DNA of 64,000 nucleotides from Patescibacteria group bacterium (GTDB taxonomy: Bacteria; Patescibacteriota; JAUYIX01; JBHPHK01). Each line of letters begins with the position of its first letter. The first letter of the stretch is position 1. The DNA is taken from assembly GCA_042569365.1 (NCBI GenBank), contig JBHPHK010000003.1:3047-67046 (forward strand), given 5' to 3'. Below are positions 26,126 through 34,379 of this stretch, in pieces. The position numbers and the translations under genes were made by a program. Under the pieces are notes generated by a model, which was not told the origin of the DNA, ran no database searches, and worked only from the letters and a program-made list of their open reading frames with translations.

Positions 26126-26662
26126 ATGCGCAATCGTGTGTATTATGGGTTTCTGATCCTGTTTGTCTGTGTGTTGTTTTCGGGCTGCAGCTTTCATAAT
26201 TTGAAAGCACGCGGTTCCGCAAATACGACAGACACAGTGCGGCAGAGAACAGAATTCAGCAGGGAAACACCTGTCGAAAAGCAGGAGATCGTTGACTCCA
26301 TTGTCATCGATGACGACGGTTGGATTTGGTACGGCGGTTATGAGTACTTTGACCAGGTCAAAGCGTTCGTTCTGCCAGGCGTAAGAAAACCGGTCAAGAC
26401 CATTTCTTGCGAGCTCATCGAGAAGCAAGATGACTGGTATATTATGCGCTTCAAGCTTCCAAAAGATCGTCAGTACTGTTGTTTCAACTTCTACAATTCC
26501 AAGACAGGAAATTGGCAGGGGCTAAACCCGGAAGGAGAAACCAACAAAACCCTGGGCGACATCTTCATGATTAAACAATGGTTTAATCGTGGTGGTAAAG
26601 ACATGGGCAGTTGCTACTCAGTACAATCTCGCTTTGAAAAAGGCAGACTTGCAGATTATTAA
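26126..26662 (+). CDS. Lipoprotein sharing its C-terminal module with the 24741 protein
   Basis: 178 aa. Signal peptide plus LFSG|C. C-terminus IKQWFNRGGKDMGSCYSV versus IEHWYYRSGRDMGACFAV in the upstream protein. Confidence 0.55.
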   Translation: MRNRVYYGFLILFVCVLFSGCSFHNLKARGSANTTDTVRQRTEFSRETPVEKQEIVDSIVIDDDGWIWYGGYEYFDQVKAFVLPGVRKPVKTISCELIEKQDDWYIMRFKLPKDRQYCCFNFYNSKTGNWQGLNPEGETNKTLGDIFMIKQWFNRGGKDMGSCYSVQSRFEKGRLADY

Positions 26663-26681
26663 ATCTGCGAAAAAGAATCAA

Positions 26682-26713
26682 AAAAGACCGGTTGAACCCA
26701 ACCGGTCTTTTTC
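26682..26713. terminator. Intrinsic terminator (symmetric A/T flanks)
   Basis: AAAAAGACCGGTTG-aacc-CAACCGGTCTTTTT. Confidence 0.8.
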
Positions 26714-26750
26714 AATTGTCCCAATCCATACAATCCGCTAAACTATATCT

Positions 26751-27602
26751 ATGTACTGGAATTCATCAAAAACACTCGGAGTCTCTATATTCACATTTTT
26801 ATTATTGCTGATTTTGGCGATCCTTTTGTACTGGCGCCAAGATCTCTGGCTAAACGTCCTCTCTCCATCGAGTGGGGGAGTTCAGTTGGAAGGAATTATT
26901 TCGGGGAATACGGCAAATCTGGAATTAAGGATAGAGTCAGGCTCTGAACCCCAATTTACGCAAGTAATATTTTATGGACCTCAGGATTCCTGCATAGAAG
27001 CGTACACATTGAAGGCAGACGAAACAAAACAATTAGCAGCCGACCAGCCTGGTTGGTGGCGCATTATTTTTGACATACCTAAGGATGCTGCCGTCTCAGA
27101 TCGCTGGCGTTTTGGTTTTGTGAATCCAGATTCGGGAGAGTGGATTGATGAGGAATCTATTGACGTAGATAGCGCAGCGATGGAAGTTTATGAAGGCGCT
27201 TTTGCGTTTACAGAATATATTGGCTCTCCGGGCCTACCCTGTGCTGTCGTGCAAATCGATGAGTCTTTAGAAGGGACAACTGAAAAGCTAACTGTAGTTA
27301 TCCAGGCAGAATCCCAAACGGAAGCTAAGTACACGCAGGCGAAATTCTTTGCGCCGGGGTCTCTTGATCTGATTACGAAGGATGTTTTTGCCAGCGAAGC
27401 GAAGCTCTCTGAAGATAAGAAGACCTGGACTATTACTTTTGACCTGCCGGAAAATCTCAATGTGGAAGAGCGCTGGGCTTTCGGATTTTCAAATCCAAAT
27501 ACAGGCCTATGGCTCTGGCCTGATCGTTTGGAGATCGAAACGGATGACGTAGTCTTATATAACAATAATTTCGCGTTCACAGAGTATTGTGAGTGCCAAT
27601 AA
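26751..27602 (+). CDS. Membrane-anchored/secreted protein with two tandem beta-sandwich-like repeats (RWxFxF family)
   Basis: 283 aa. N-terminal hydrophobic anchor. Repeats end ..WWRIIFDIPKDAAVSDRWRFGFVNPDSGEW...GAFAFTEYIG and ..WTITFDLPENLNVEERWAFGFSNPNTGLW...NNFAFTEYCECQ. Confidence 0.55.
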   Translation: MYWNSSKTLGVSIFTFLLLLILAILLYWRQDLWLNVLSPSSGGVQLEGIISGNTANLELRIESGSEPQFTQVIFYGPQDSCIEAYTLKADETKQLAADQPGWWRIIFDIPKDAAVSDRWRFGFVNPDSGEWIDEESIDVDSAAMEVYEGAFAFTEYIGSPGLPCAVVQIDESLEGTTEKLTVVIQAESQTEAKYTQAKFFAPGSLDLITKDVFASEAKLSEDKKTWTITFDLPENLNVEERWAFGFSNPNTGLWLWPDRLEIETDDVVLYNNNFAFTEYCECQ

Positions 27603-27624
27603 GGCGTTATATTAAACTTTCAAA

Positions 27625-27650
27625 ACAGCCTTGACAACGGGCTGTTTTTA
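27625..27650 (+). terminator. Terminator hairpin whose loop carries the next -35 box
   Basis: ACAGCC-ttgacaacg-GGCTGT followed by TTTT. Confidence 0.6.
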
Positions 27651-27659
27651 TGATAGGTT
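27631..27659 (+). promoter_or_regulatory. Promoter for the lipoprotein gene at 27737
   Basis: TTGACA-N17-TAGGTT with TGa upstream. The leader ends aaccaAAAGGAGGataatcctcATG. Confidence 0.5.
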
Positions 27660-27736
27660 TACCTATTCGACATCGAGCTAGATGATGGCGAATACGCACT
27701 ATTACAAACGAAAAAACCAAAAGGAGGATAATCCTC

Positions 27737-28546
27737 ATGAAAAACGTTCTGATTATCTGTCTGATCGTGCTCACTTCCGTTGTACTCATCGGCTGTAGTG
27801 GAGGAAGTTCCTCCACAGATCCTGGCGGCGGTGGCGATGGTACGGACCTCGGCACAATCACAGAGCTCTATGGCGACAGCGTTCAGCTTCGCCTGGATAT
27901 TGAGCCCTATGCCGAGACCGTATTTACAGTACTGCATCTCTTCGGGTTGAACAGTTGTTCGGCTCCTCTGGAAATTGAAGCTACCTCGCAGACTCCATTC
28001 TCCGATGGCGGATGGACGATGATCTTCGATATTCCTGCCGGGGTTGACCTGTCAGACCTCTGGCGTTTCAACTTCACGGATAATTCCGGCACTCTCTGGC
28101 TGAACGAAGGACTCTGCACCATCCATGCTACTGGCGTGGAAAGTTGGGGAAGTGCTTTTGCTTTCTCAGCCTACGTCGGCAACGAGGGTGATTGCTACAA
28201 CCTTCAGATTGAGGTTTCAGGAACTCCCACCAGAGTCGTCCTGAATCTCGATAACGGAGAGCTGGTCAATCCCATGTATACTCAGATTAACCTCTGGGTA
28301 CCGGGAGCCAGGCTGGAAGTGTTCAGCATGCAGGCTACAAGTCTCGTTAACCTCGGCGACGGAAAATGGGAGATCGTATTTGATCTGCCTACCGAAGCCG
28401 ATGTGGTGCAACGCTGGATGTTCGGATTTGAAGATCCGGGATCCGGTGCCTGGCTGCCGATCAGTGATGATGTCGTAACTTCCGGCTCCATCGTGATCTA
28501 CGGCGGCAATTTCGTCTTCCGCGAGTACTGCGGTTGCGTTCCTTAA
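27737..28546 (+). CDS. Lipoprotein with two tandem beta-sandwich-like repeats (RWxFxF family)
   Basis: 269 aa. Lipobox LIG|C followed by a Gly/Ser linker. Repeats ..GWTMIFDIPAGVDLSDLWRFNFTDNSGTLW...SAFAFSAYVG and ..KWEIVFDLPTEADVVQRWMFGFEDPGSGAW...GNFVFREYCGCVP. Confidence 0.6.
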   Translation: MKNVLIICLIVLTSVVLIGCSGGSSSTDPGGGGDGTDLGTITELYGDSVQLRLDIEPYAETVFTVLHLFGLNSCSAPLEIEATSQTPFSDGGWTMIFDIPAGVDLSDLWRFNFTDNSGTLWLNEGLCTIHATGVESWGSAFAFSAYVGNEGDCYNLQIEVSGTPTRVVLNLDNGELVNPMYTQINLWVPGARLEVFSMQATSLVNLGDGKWEIVFDLPTEADVVQRWMFGFEDPGSGAWLPISDDVVTSGSIVIYGGNFVFREYCGCVP

Positions 28547-28583
28547 GACTTTCTGCCCCCATCCCTCCCTTCCGTTCCCCAAA

Positions 28584-28626
28584 AGCCCCCATCGTTCTAA
28601 ACAGAACTGTGGGGGCTCTTTTCTTC
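28584..28626 (+). terminator. Intrinsic terminator
   Basis: AGCCCCCA-(18 nt)-TGGGGGCT followed by CTTTTCTT. Confidence 0.7.
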
Positions 28627-28659
28627 CTATTTCATGTTATTATATATAAAACAAACACG

Positions 28660-30120
28660 ATGAAACTCAGTAAACAGACAACAGCAACGATTTTTGTGAC
28701 GATTTTGATCGGCATTTTTACGTTGCTTTTTTTCTGGATAAATCCGCCGATTTACCTGTATTTGCTGTTTTTTGCGATAGCATTTTTATTTATCGCGCGT
28801 TATCCGCTCAGTGGACTTTTAGCGGCAATCTTTTTAACACTTGTTTTTGGTCAGCAATTCGCCCTGCAGCCGTTAGTGACGGAAACCGGCAACTACTTAC
28901 TTTATCCTTTAGATATTTTACTGATCTTAACTGCACTTGCAGCTGTCTTGCAGCGCCGCAAATGGTGGCCTAAAGCCAAGAAGGAATGGCGCTGGCTGAC
29001 ACCGCTTATCAACATTTTCATTATCGTTATCACAGCTAATATGCTTTGGTCGTTTTATGCTGGTACCGATACGATCCTAGCGCTTAGTGCTTTCAAAAAC
29101 TATGCAGTCTACGGTCTGTTGTTTTTCCTGGGCGTAGTCTTGCTACGCAGCTGGAAAGATATATCCAAACTATTGCGCACGATCTTGATGTCAGGATTGG
29201 CAGCCGGCATTATCCTGCTGATCAACCTGGTGCGAGGCGTAGGCTTCTTGGTAGAGTACAATCCTATCACGACCAGTGGCACACGTTATCTAGCCGGTAT
29301 TCATGCGTGGGCTTTGGTGCTCGCGCTTATCATCAGCCTGGCCTACTTAGCCTACCGAATGAAAGTCTGGCGCCATTTCCAAATCCCAATCGTTCTCGGG
29401 CAAATCGTCGGGCTTGGTATTTCGTTGTTCCGTCATCTCTGGCTAGTCATAGCATTTATTGGCGCAACGCTTATCGCCTGGATGCCTCTAGACATCAAAC
29501 GCCGCTTCATTAATTTTGCGGGACGCTTTCTAGTACTAATTGCTATTGGAGGCCTTTTTACTTTTTATATCAGTGCCTTTATTCCAAACTGGAACTTAAA
29601 CCTGGCTACCGAAGATTACTTACAGCCATTCGTGGAGCGCGTTACAACAATCAACTTGAATCCTGAAGAAGAAAGTGCCCAATTCCGTCTCAAGTCGTGG
29701 GAATCAGCCTGGAATGCCTTCCTGGAAAATCCTATTTTAGGAAACGGACTAGACGCAAAATTAGGGATCGAGATAAATGATTTCAAACAAACGATTGAAG
29801 CGCGCGATGTTCACAATTCCTTTTTGACAATACTCGTAGAGACAGGATTGATAGGCTTACTACCGCTACTCGCGTTGATTATATTGTTGCTCACCAGAGG
29901 CCGCAGAGCATTAAAGCAGGCGACTAAGCATCAAGGCACGATCATGGCTTTATTGCTTTGTCTAATCGCATTTGTCTTGGGAGCTAACTTTGGTGTGTAT
30001 TTCGAAACCAATATGACTGGTATCTTTTTCTGGATCTTAGCTGCGGGCCTTTTTGCAGCTGTTCAGCTGAGTGATAAAGCGCCAGCAGAAAGCCAAGCTA
30101 ACGAACAATCAAGCCAATGA
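28660..30120 (+). CDS. O-antigen ligase / Wzy_C-family polytopic membrane protein
   Basis: ATG 28660 lies downstream of the terminator; the track start 28534 spans that terminator. About 11 TM helices with a large loop (..RLKSWESAWNAFLENPILGNGLD..HNSFLTILVETG) typical of the O-antigen ligase family. Confidence 0.7.
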   Translation: MKLSKQTTATIFVTILIGIFTLLFFWINPPIYLYLLFFAIAFLFIARYPLSGLLAAIFLTLVFGQQFALQPLVTETGNYLLYPLDILLILTALAAVLQRRKWWPKAKKEWRWLTPLINIFIIVITANMLWSFYAGTDTILALSAFKNYAVYGLLFFLGVVLLRSWKDISKLLRTILMSGLAAGIILLINLVRGVGFLVEYNPITTSGTRYLAGIHAWALVLALIISLAYLAYRMKVWRHFQIPIVLGQIVGLGISLFRHLWLVIAFIGATLIAWMPLDIKRRFINFAGRFLVLIAIGGLFTFYISAFIPNWNLNLATEDYLQPFVERVTTINLNPEEESAQFRLKSWESAWNAFLENPILGNGLDAKLGIEINDFKQTIEARDVHNSFLTILVETGLIGLLPLLALIILLLTRGRRALKQATKHQGTIMALLLCLIAFVLGANFGVYFETNMTGIFFWILAAGLFAAVQLSDKAPAESQANEQSSQ

Positions 30121-31706
30121 AAGTAAGCGTATTAATAGTTAACTATAATTCACGAGAATATCTAGCACAAAACCTGGTAGAGTTATTTGCTTCAAAAAAG
30201 CCAGCGTATCTTGATACCGAAGTAATTGTCGTTGATAACAATTCGAGCGATGGAAGCGTTGACTATCTACGGCAGCAATTTCCTGAAGCACAAGTTGTGT
30301 CGCAGACGACAAACACAGGATTCGGCGCGGGCATAAATCGTGCTGCCCAGGAAGCGACGGGCGCGTATTATTATCTTCTGAATCCGGACGCTAAAACTAC
30401 CTGGCAGGAGATCGGAAAAGTGGTGAAATATCTAAAAGATGATCGAGAGGTCGGCATTGTCGGCAGTAAAATCCTAGGGTTCGTCGGGGAAAATCAGGGA
30501 TCCTTCGGAGATTTTCCCAGTGTTGGAACTGAAATTATGGAGAGCTTCAATTTTTCAAAAATAGGAGGCGGGCATCTGATCTGGCCACGCGTTTACAACA
30601 GAAAACTTTTCAATACTACCCGGACAGTTGATTGGGTTGGGGGAGCGGGTCTTGCGATTCGTTCCAAGCTGTTTGATCGCCTGAACGGATTCGATGAAGA
30701 CTTTTTCCTCTACTTTGAAGACATTGATTTATGTAAACGCATGTGGGAGATAGGCTACAAAGTGGTTTATTATCCTAAAAGCGTGGTGAGGCATATTCAG
30801 GGCGCCAGCGGCGCAAACAATTCCAATGTCTATCGCAATGGGCGTTCTCAATATATTCAGAAGCATTTCAAGGGCGCAAGCAGGGCGATTGGTAAGTGGC
30901 TTTGGCCCGCTTCCACTAAAGATAAATCTTCGCAGACATCAAAACAAAAGCCGGAATTGGCATACACGCGCTATAGGTTTGAGCCAGGTGCGATGAGCCG
31001 CCTTAATTATTTTTTGAAGGAGATTGGGAAAAACAAGAAGCATATCCTAGAGATCGGAGCAGGGTCGGGCAATATCACCTTGCCGCTGGTAAGGATAGGG
31101 CATACAGTGACCGCTTTAGAGCCCCATGAACCTACTGCCTCAAAGCTAAAAATCTATGAGCGTATCTTTTCATTAAAAGTAGTTACAGAAACAATAGAAA
31201 ACTTTGCACAGAGCCACGAGGCGCAGTACGACTATATTATTGTCAGTGAGGTGTTAGAGCATCTGGAGGATCCCACTGAAGTAGTGAAGCAAATGAAGAA
31301 GCTGTTAAAGCCTGATGGTAAGATCTTAGGGTCAGTGCCGGCGCGCAATTCTCTAGATGAGATTGGTCGCTGGTTTTTGGTGAAAAATCCTTTAGGACGC
31401 GCGCTCAAAACGCCGCTCAAGACATATATCCTAGAGCGCGGAGTACAGTCAGCTGCCGAAAGTCCGCACATTCAATTTTTCTCACTCAGCAGATTGAAAA
31501 AATTGTTTACAGACAACAATCTAAAGATAGTAGATCTTCAGACTAGCTCAGTCTTTTTTAGAGAGGCGTACTATGTCTTTGGAAGGTTTTTCATGCGCCG
31601 GGGAGGTCGAATATTTATGATGAAGGACAGATTGGACCGCAGACTTAGCAGAAGCTGGCCTAATTTATTTGGCGCTGGATGGATGTTTACTATAAATAAG
31701 AAATAA
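30117..31706 (+). CDS. Fusion protein: GT2 glycosyltransferase (N-terminal) plus class I SAM-dependent methyltransferase (C-terminal)
   Basis: 529 aa. VLIVNYNSREYL..VVDNNSSDGS..NTGFGAGIN..FLYFEDIDLC (GT2), then ILEIGAGSGNITLPL...YIIVSEVLEHLEDP (methyltransferase motifs I and post-II). Confidence 0.8.
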   Translation: MKVSVLIVNYNSREYLAQNLVELFASKKPAYLDTEVIVVDNNSSDGSVDYLRQQFPEAQVVSQTTNTGFGAGINRAAQEATGAYYYLLNPDAKTTWQEIGKVVKYLKDDREVGIVGSKILGFVGENQGSFGDFPSVGTEIMESFNFSKIGGGHLIWPRVYNRKLFNTTRTVDWVGGAGLAIRSKLFDRLNGFDEDFFLYFEDIDLCKRMWEIGYKVVYYPKSVVRHIQGASGANNSNVYRNGRSQYIQKHFKGASRAIGKWLWPASTKDKSSQTSKQKPELAYTRYRFEPGAMSRLNYFLKEIGKNKKHILEIGAGSGNITLPLVRIGHTVTALEPHEPTASKLKIYERIFSLKVVTETIENFAQSHEAQYDYIIVSEVLEHLEDPTEVVKQMKKLLKPDGKILGSVPARNSLDEIGRWFLVKNPLGRALKTPLKTYILERGVQSAAESPHIQFFSLSRLKKLFTDNNLKIVDLQTSSVFFREAYYVFGRFFMRRGGRIFMMKDRLDRRLSRSWPNLFGAGWMFTINKK

Positions 31707-31708
31707 TC

Positions 31709-32950
31709 ATGCGTATACTTCAGATCAACAAATTTTATTTTCGTGGAGGGATTAGTGGGGGAGTCGGAACATATCTCTTTGAGCTTAATGCTCTGCTGGA
31801 AAAACAAGGGCACGAGATTATCCCTTTTGCGATGGAGCATCCCGACAATGTGGAAACGCCGTACGCAAAATACTTTGTGTCGCAGAAGGATTTTTCGCGT
31901 CCGCGTCTTTCTTTGTCGACGGCGCTGCGCGCGCTTTATTCTCGCGAAGCGGTGCGTAAAATAACAGCCCTAGTCAAGGAAACTAAGCCGGATATTGCGC
32001 ATGTGCATATTATCTATCATCAGATTTCACCTTCGATCTTGAAGGCGCTGAAGCGCTTAGGTGTCCCGATCGTGATGACCATGCACGACTACAAAACTTT
32101 TTTCCCAACTCCTGCTCCCATGGCCGACTCTCAGTCAGTTGCAAACCCTGACAACTATTCGCCGTGGCGGTTTATCTGGGGACGTGCTATTAAAAATTCC
32201 ATTCTTGCGAGTGGTTTTGCTGTTTTTGAAACATGGCTGCATAAAGCCATGGGTCTTTATCGCAAAACTGTTGATACTTATATTGCGCCGAGTCATTTCG
32301 TAGAGGATCAGATAATTGCCTTGGGTGCACCAGCAGAACGCGTCACGTATTTGCCGCATTTTATTCGTTGTACTGAGGGGCAATCGTCAGAATCCAGTGA
32401 GGATCCTTATTATGTGAACATCGGACGTCTTTCTCCAGAAAAAGACATAATGACATTAATCAGGGCGCATCAAGTTAGCCAAACTAAACTGACTCTTCGT
32501 ATTGCAGGGACGGGCTCAGAGGAAGAGCGACTTCATAAATTTGTTGCTGAGAATAATATCAAGGGCGTAGAATTTGTGGGCGAGCAGGATCGTGTGGGCG
32601 TAGAAAAGTTGTTTCGGAACGCCCGTTTTGCCGTGGTGTCCTCGAAGTATCATGAAACATTTGGCTTAACAGTCCTGGAAGCATATTGTCAGGAAGTGCC
32701 TGTGATTGCTTCGCGAGTGGGAGGCTTGCCGGAACTAATTGAGTCAGGGAAAACAGGTTTATTGTATGACGTAGGCGACGTTGCAACACTTGCAGATAAT
32801 ATTAAACGCCTCTCAGGCGATGCTATTCTCGCGCAGCAGTGGGGAATAGCCGGTCGTAAACTTGTAGCACAGTACGCTCCAGAACGCCACATAGCGTCTC
32901 TAGAGAACGTTTATCGCGCAGCACAACATAACACAACGCCAGACAATTAA
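31709..32950 (+). CDS. Glycosyltransferase family 4
   Basis: 413 aa. MRILQINKFYF..GG N-terminus and ETFGLTVLEAYCQEVPVIASRVGGLPELI C-terminal motif. Confidence 0.8.
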   Translation: MRILQINKFYFRGGISGGVGTYLFELNALLEKQGHEIIPFAMEHPDNVETPYAKYFVSQKDFSRPRLSLSTALRALYSREAVRKITALVKETKPDIAHVHIIYHQISPSILKALKRLGVPIVMTMHDYKTFFPTPAPMADSQSVANPDNYSPWRFIWGRAIKNSILASGFAVFETWLHKAMGLYRKTVDTYIAPSHFVEDQIIALGAPAERVTYLPHFIRCTEGQSSESSEDPYYVNIGRLSPEKDIMTLIRAHQVSQTKLTLRIAGTGSEEERLHKFVAENNIKGVEFVGEQDRVGVEKLFRNARFAVVSSKYHETFGLTVLEAYCQEVPVIASRVGGLPELIESGKTGLLYDVGDVATLADNIKRLSGDAILAQQWGIAGRKLVAQYAPERHIASLENVYRAAQHNTTPDN

Positions 32951-33037
32951 AGGTTACATACCAGAAAATCACTTGGGTAAACTTGAATATCTCTATAAAA
33001 AATTAGTTAAAACAGAACAGTTGCAGTCCTAACAATT

Positions 33038-33046
33038 TGCTATAAT
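33038..33046 (+). promoter_or_regulatory. Extended -10 promoter (TGcTATAAT) upstream of 33086
   Basis: Perfect TATAAT at 33041-33046 with TGn upstream. No good -35. Confidence 0.5.
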
Positions 33047-33085
33047 ATAACTGTTACATAACTAACATATTAATTATTCACCAAT

Positions 33086-34255
33086 ATGCCAGGACCTGAA
33101 GGGCCACCTATTCCAGATAAAGAACGTCAAGACTTGACGGGTGTTGATAATGAGGAAGAAGCAGATGCCGCCTTAGATGCTCTGGAAGATGAATTCGAAA
33201 GAGACATGTTGGAATATATGAAAAAAAGTGCAAGTGGAGAGGCATCACCTGAAGAGAGACAATCTTTAAAAAATCAAATGAAAAAGAAATTTGTGGACGG
33301 CATACGAGAACAAATACAGGCTGAGGCGAGTGAAGAATCAGAAGCGACAGAAGTTATAAAAGCTGCCGAAATTACCGAAGAAAAGGGAGAGAGTACAGAG
33401 GGTGGAGAGGCTGAAGCTGCAGTTACGAGGAAGGACCAAAAACGCATGGTTAAGGAATATGGTCGTCATTCAGATTCTTTCATGGAAAAGTTCAATGAAC
33501 TTGATAATGCGCGTGATATAGATACGTTTGAATCGGCTCTGATGGATCTACGTTTAAACAATGAGCTTATTACTGAACATAGATTTGATGGTGAAACCGG
33601 CGAGGAGCTTGATCCTGGCTGGGAAGTTAAACTACAACTTGCTCAAGCTAGGGATCGGGGAATACTAAGTGAAGAAGAATACACTAGTGATTTACAGGAT
33701 ATTCAAGACGATATCGACAGACAGTTGCGAGAAGGGAAGATTAAAGATAAAATTGAGCAGACTGAACAATTAGAGAAAAATGAAGTTTTATCTTCGGAAC
33801 AACTGGAAGCGCTTGTAGAAAAGTTTGATAAGAGAGTAGCAAAGGCTTGGGGGGATGTGTTATTTGAGAGAAATAATGCGCTACAGGAAATAATACGCGG
33901 TAAAGATTCCCGGGGTGAATTTGAACATCGTACTAATATCTTTAGCGACGGTGAATATATATATGAAGCATTTGCGGAAACATATAGTGATGATCGACAA
34001 GATGAATGGCGAGTAATCAGAACTAAGCGAGAGGATTTGATAAATCCACCGCGCGAGAAAATATTAGCAGTGCACATTTACGAGAGCGGAACTAGCGCCA
34101 CTGTACAATCTGACACACAGCGATTAAGCGGGAGCGAATCACGCAAAATAATTGAAGCTTATGATGCGAGTATGCAGGATAGTTCTATAACGATGGAGCA
34201 GGGCATTAAAGATACAGCAGAAAAGTTTAATCGGTCATGGGAACAGAGTCAGTAA
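33086..34255 (+). CDS. Hypothetical highly acidic, coiled-coil-rich cytoplasmic protein
   Basis: 389 aa. No signal peptide. Glu/Asp/Lys-rich with no motif I recognise. Confidence 0.45.
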   Translation: MPGPEGPPIPDKERQDLTGVDNEEEADAALDALEDEFERDMLEYMKKSASGEASPEERQSLKNQMKKKFVDGIREQIQAEASEESEATEVIKAAEITEEKGESTEGGEAEAAVTRKDQKRMVKEYGRHSDSFMEKFNELDNARDIDTFESALMDLRLNNELITEHRFDGETGEELDPGWEVKLQLAQARDRGILSEEEYTSDLQDIQDDIDRQLREGKIKDKIEQTEQLEKNEVLSSEQLEALVEKFDKRVAKAWGDVLFERNNALQEIIRGKDSRGEFEHRTNIFSDGEYIYEAFAETYSDDRQDEWRVIRTKREDLINPPREKILAVHIYESGTSATVQSDTQRLSGSESRKIIEAYDASMQDSSITMEQGIKDTAEKFNRSWEQSQ

Positions 34256-34379
34256 TAGACTTGATTTTATCAGTATTTTGTTGTGGAAAAGGTGCCAGTG
34301 GTAAAAAAACACGCTTTTTGTTACGTTTAAGTAAACTATCAAAAAGGAAAATATTGAATTATTGAATTAAGACATACAA

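Noticed and set aside
34340-34379. Tandem octamer ATTGAATT-ATTGAATT just upstream of ATG 34380.
   Set aside because: There are only two copies in an AT-rich leader, which is too short to call an operator or repeat element.
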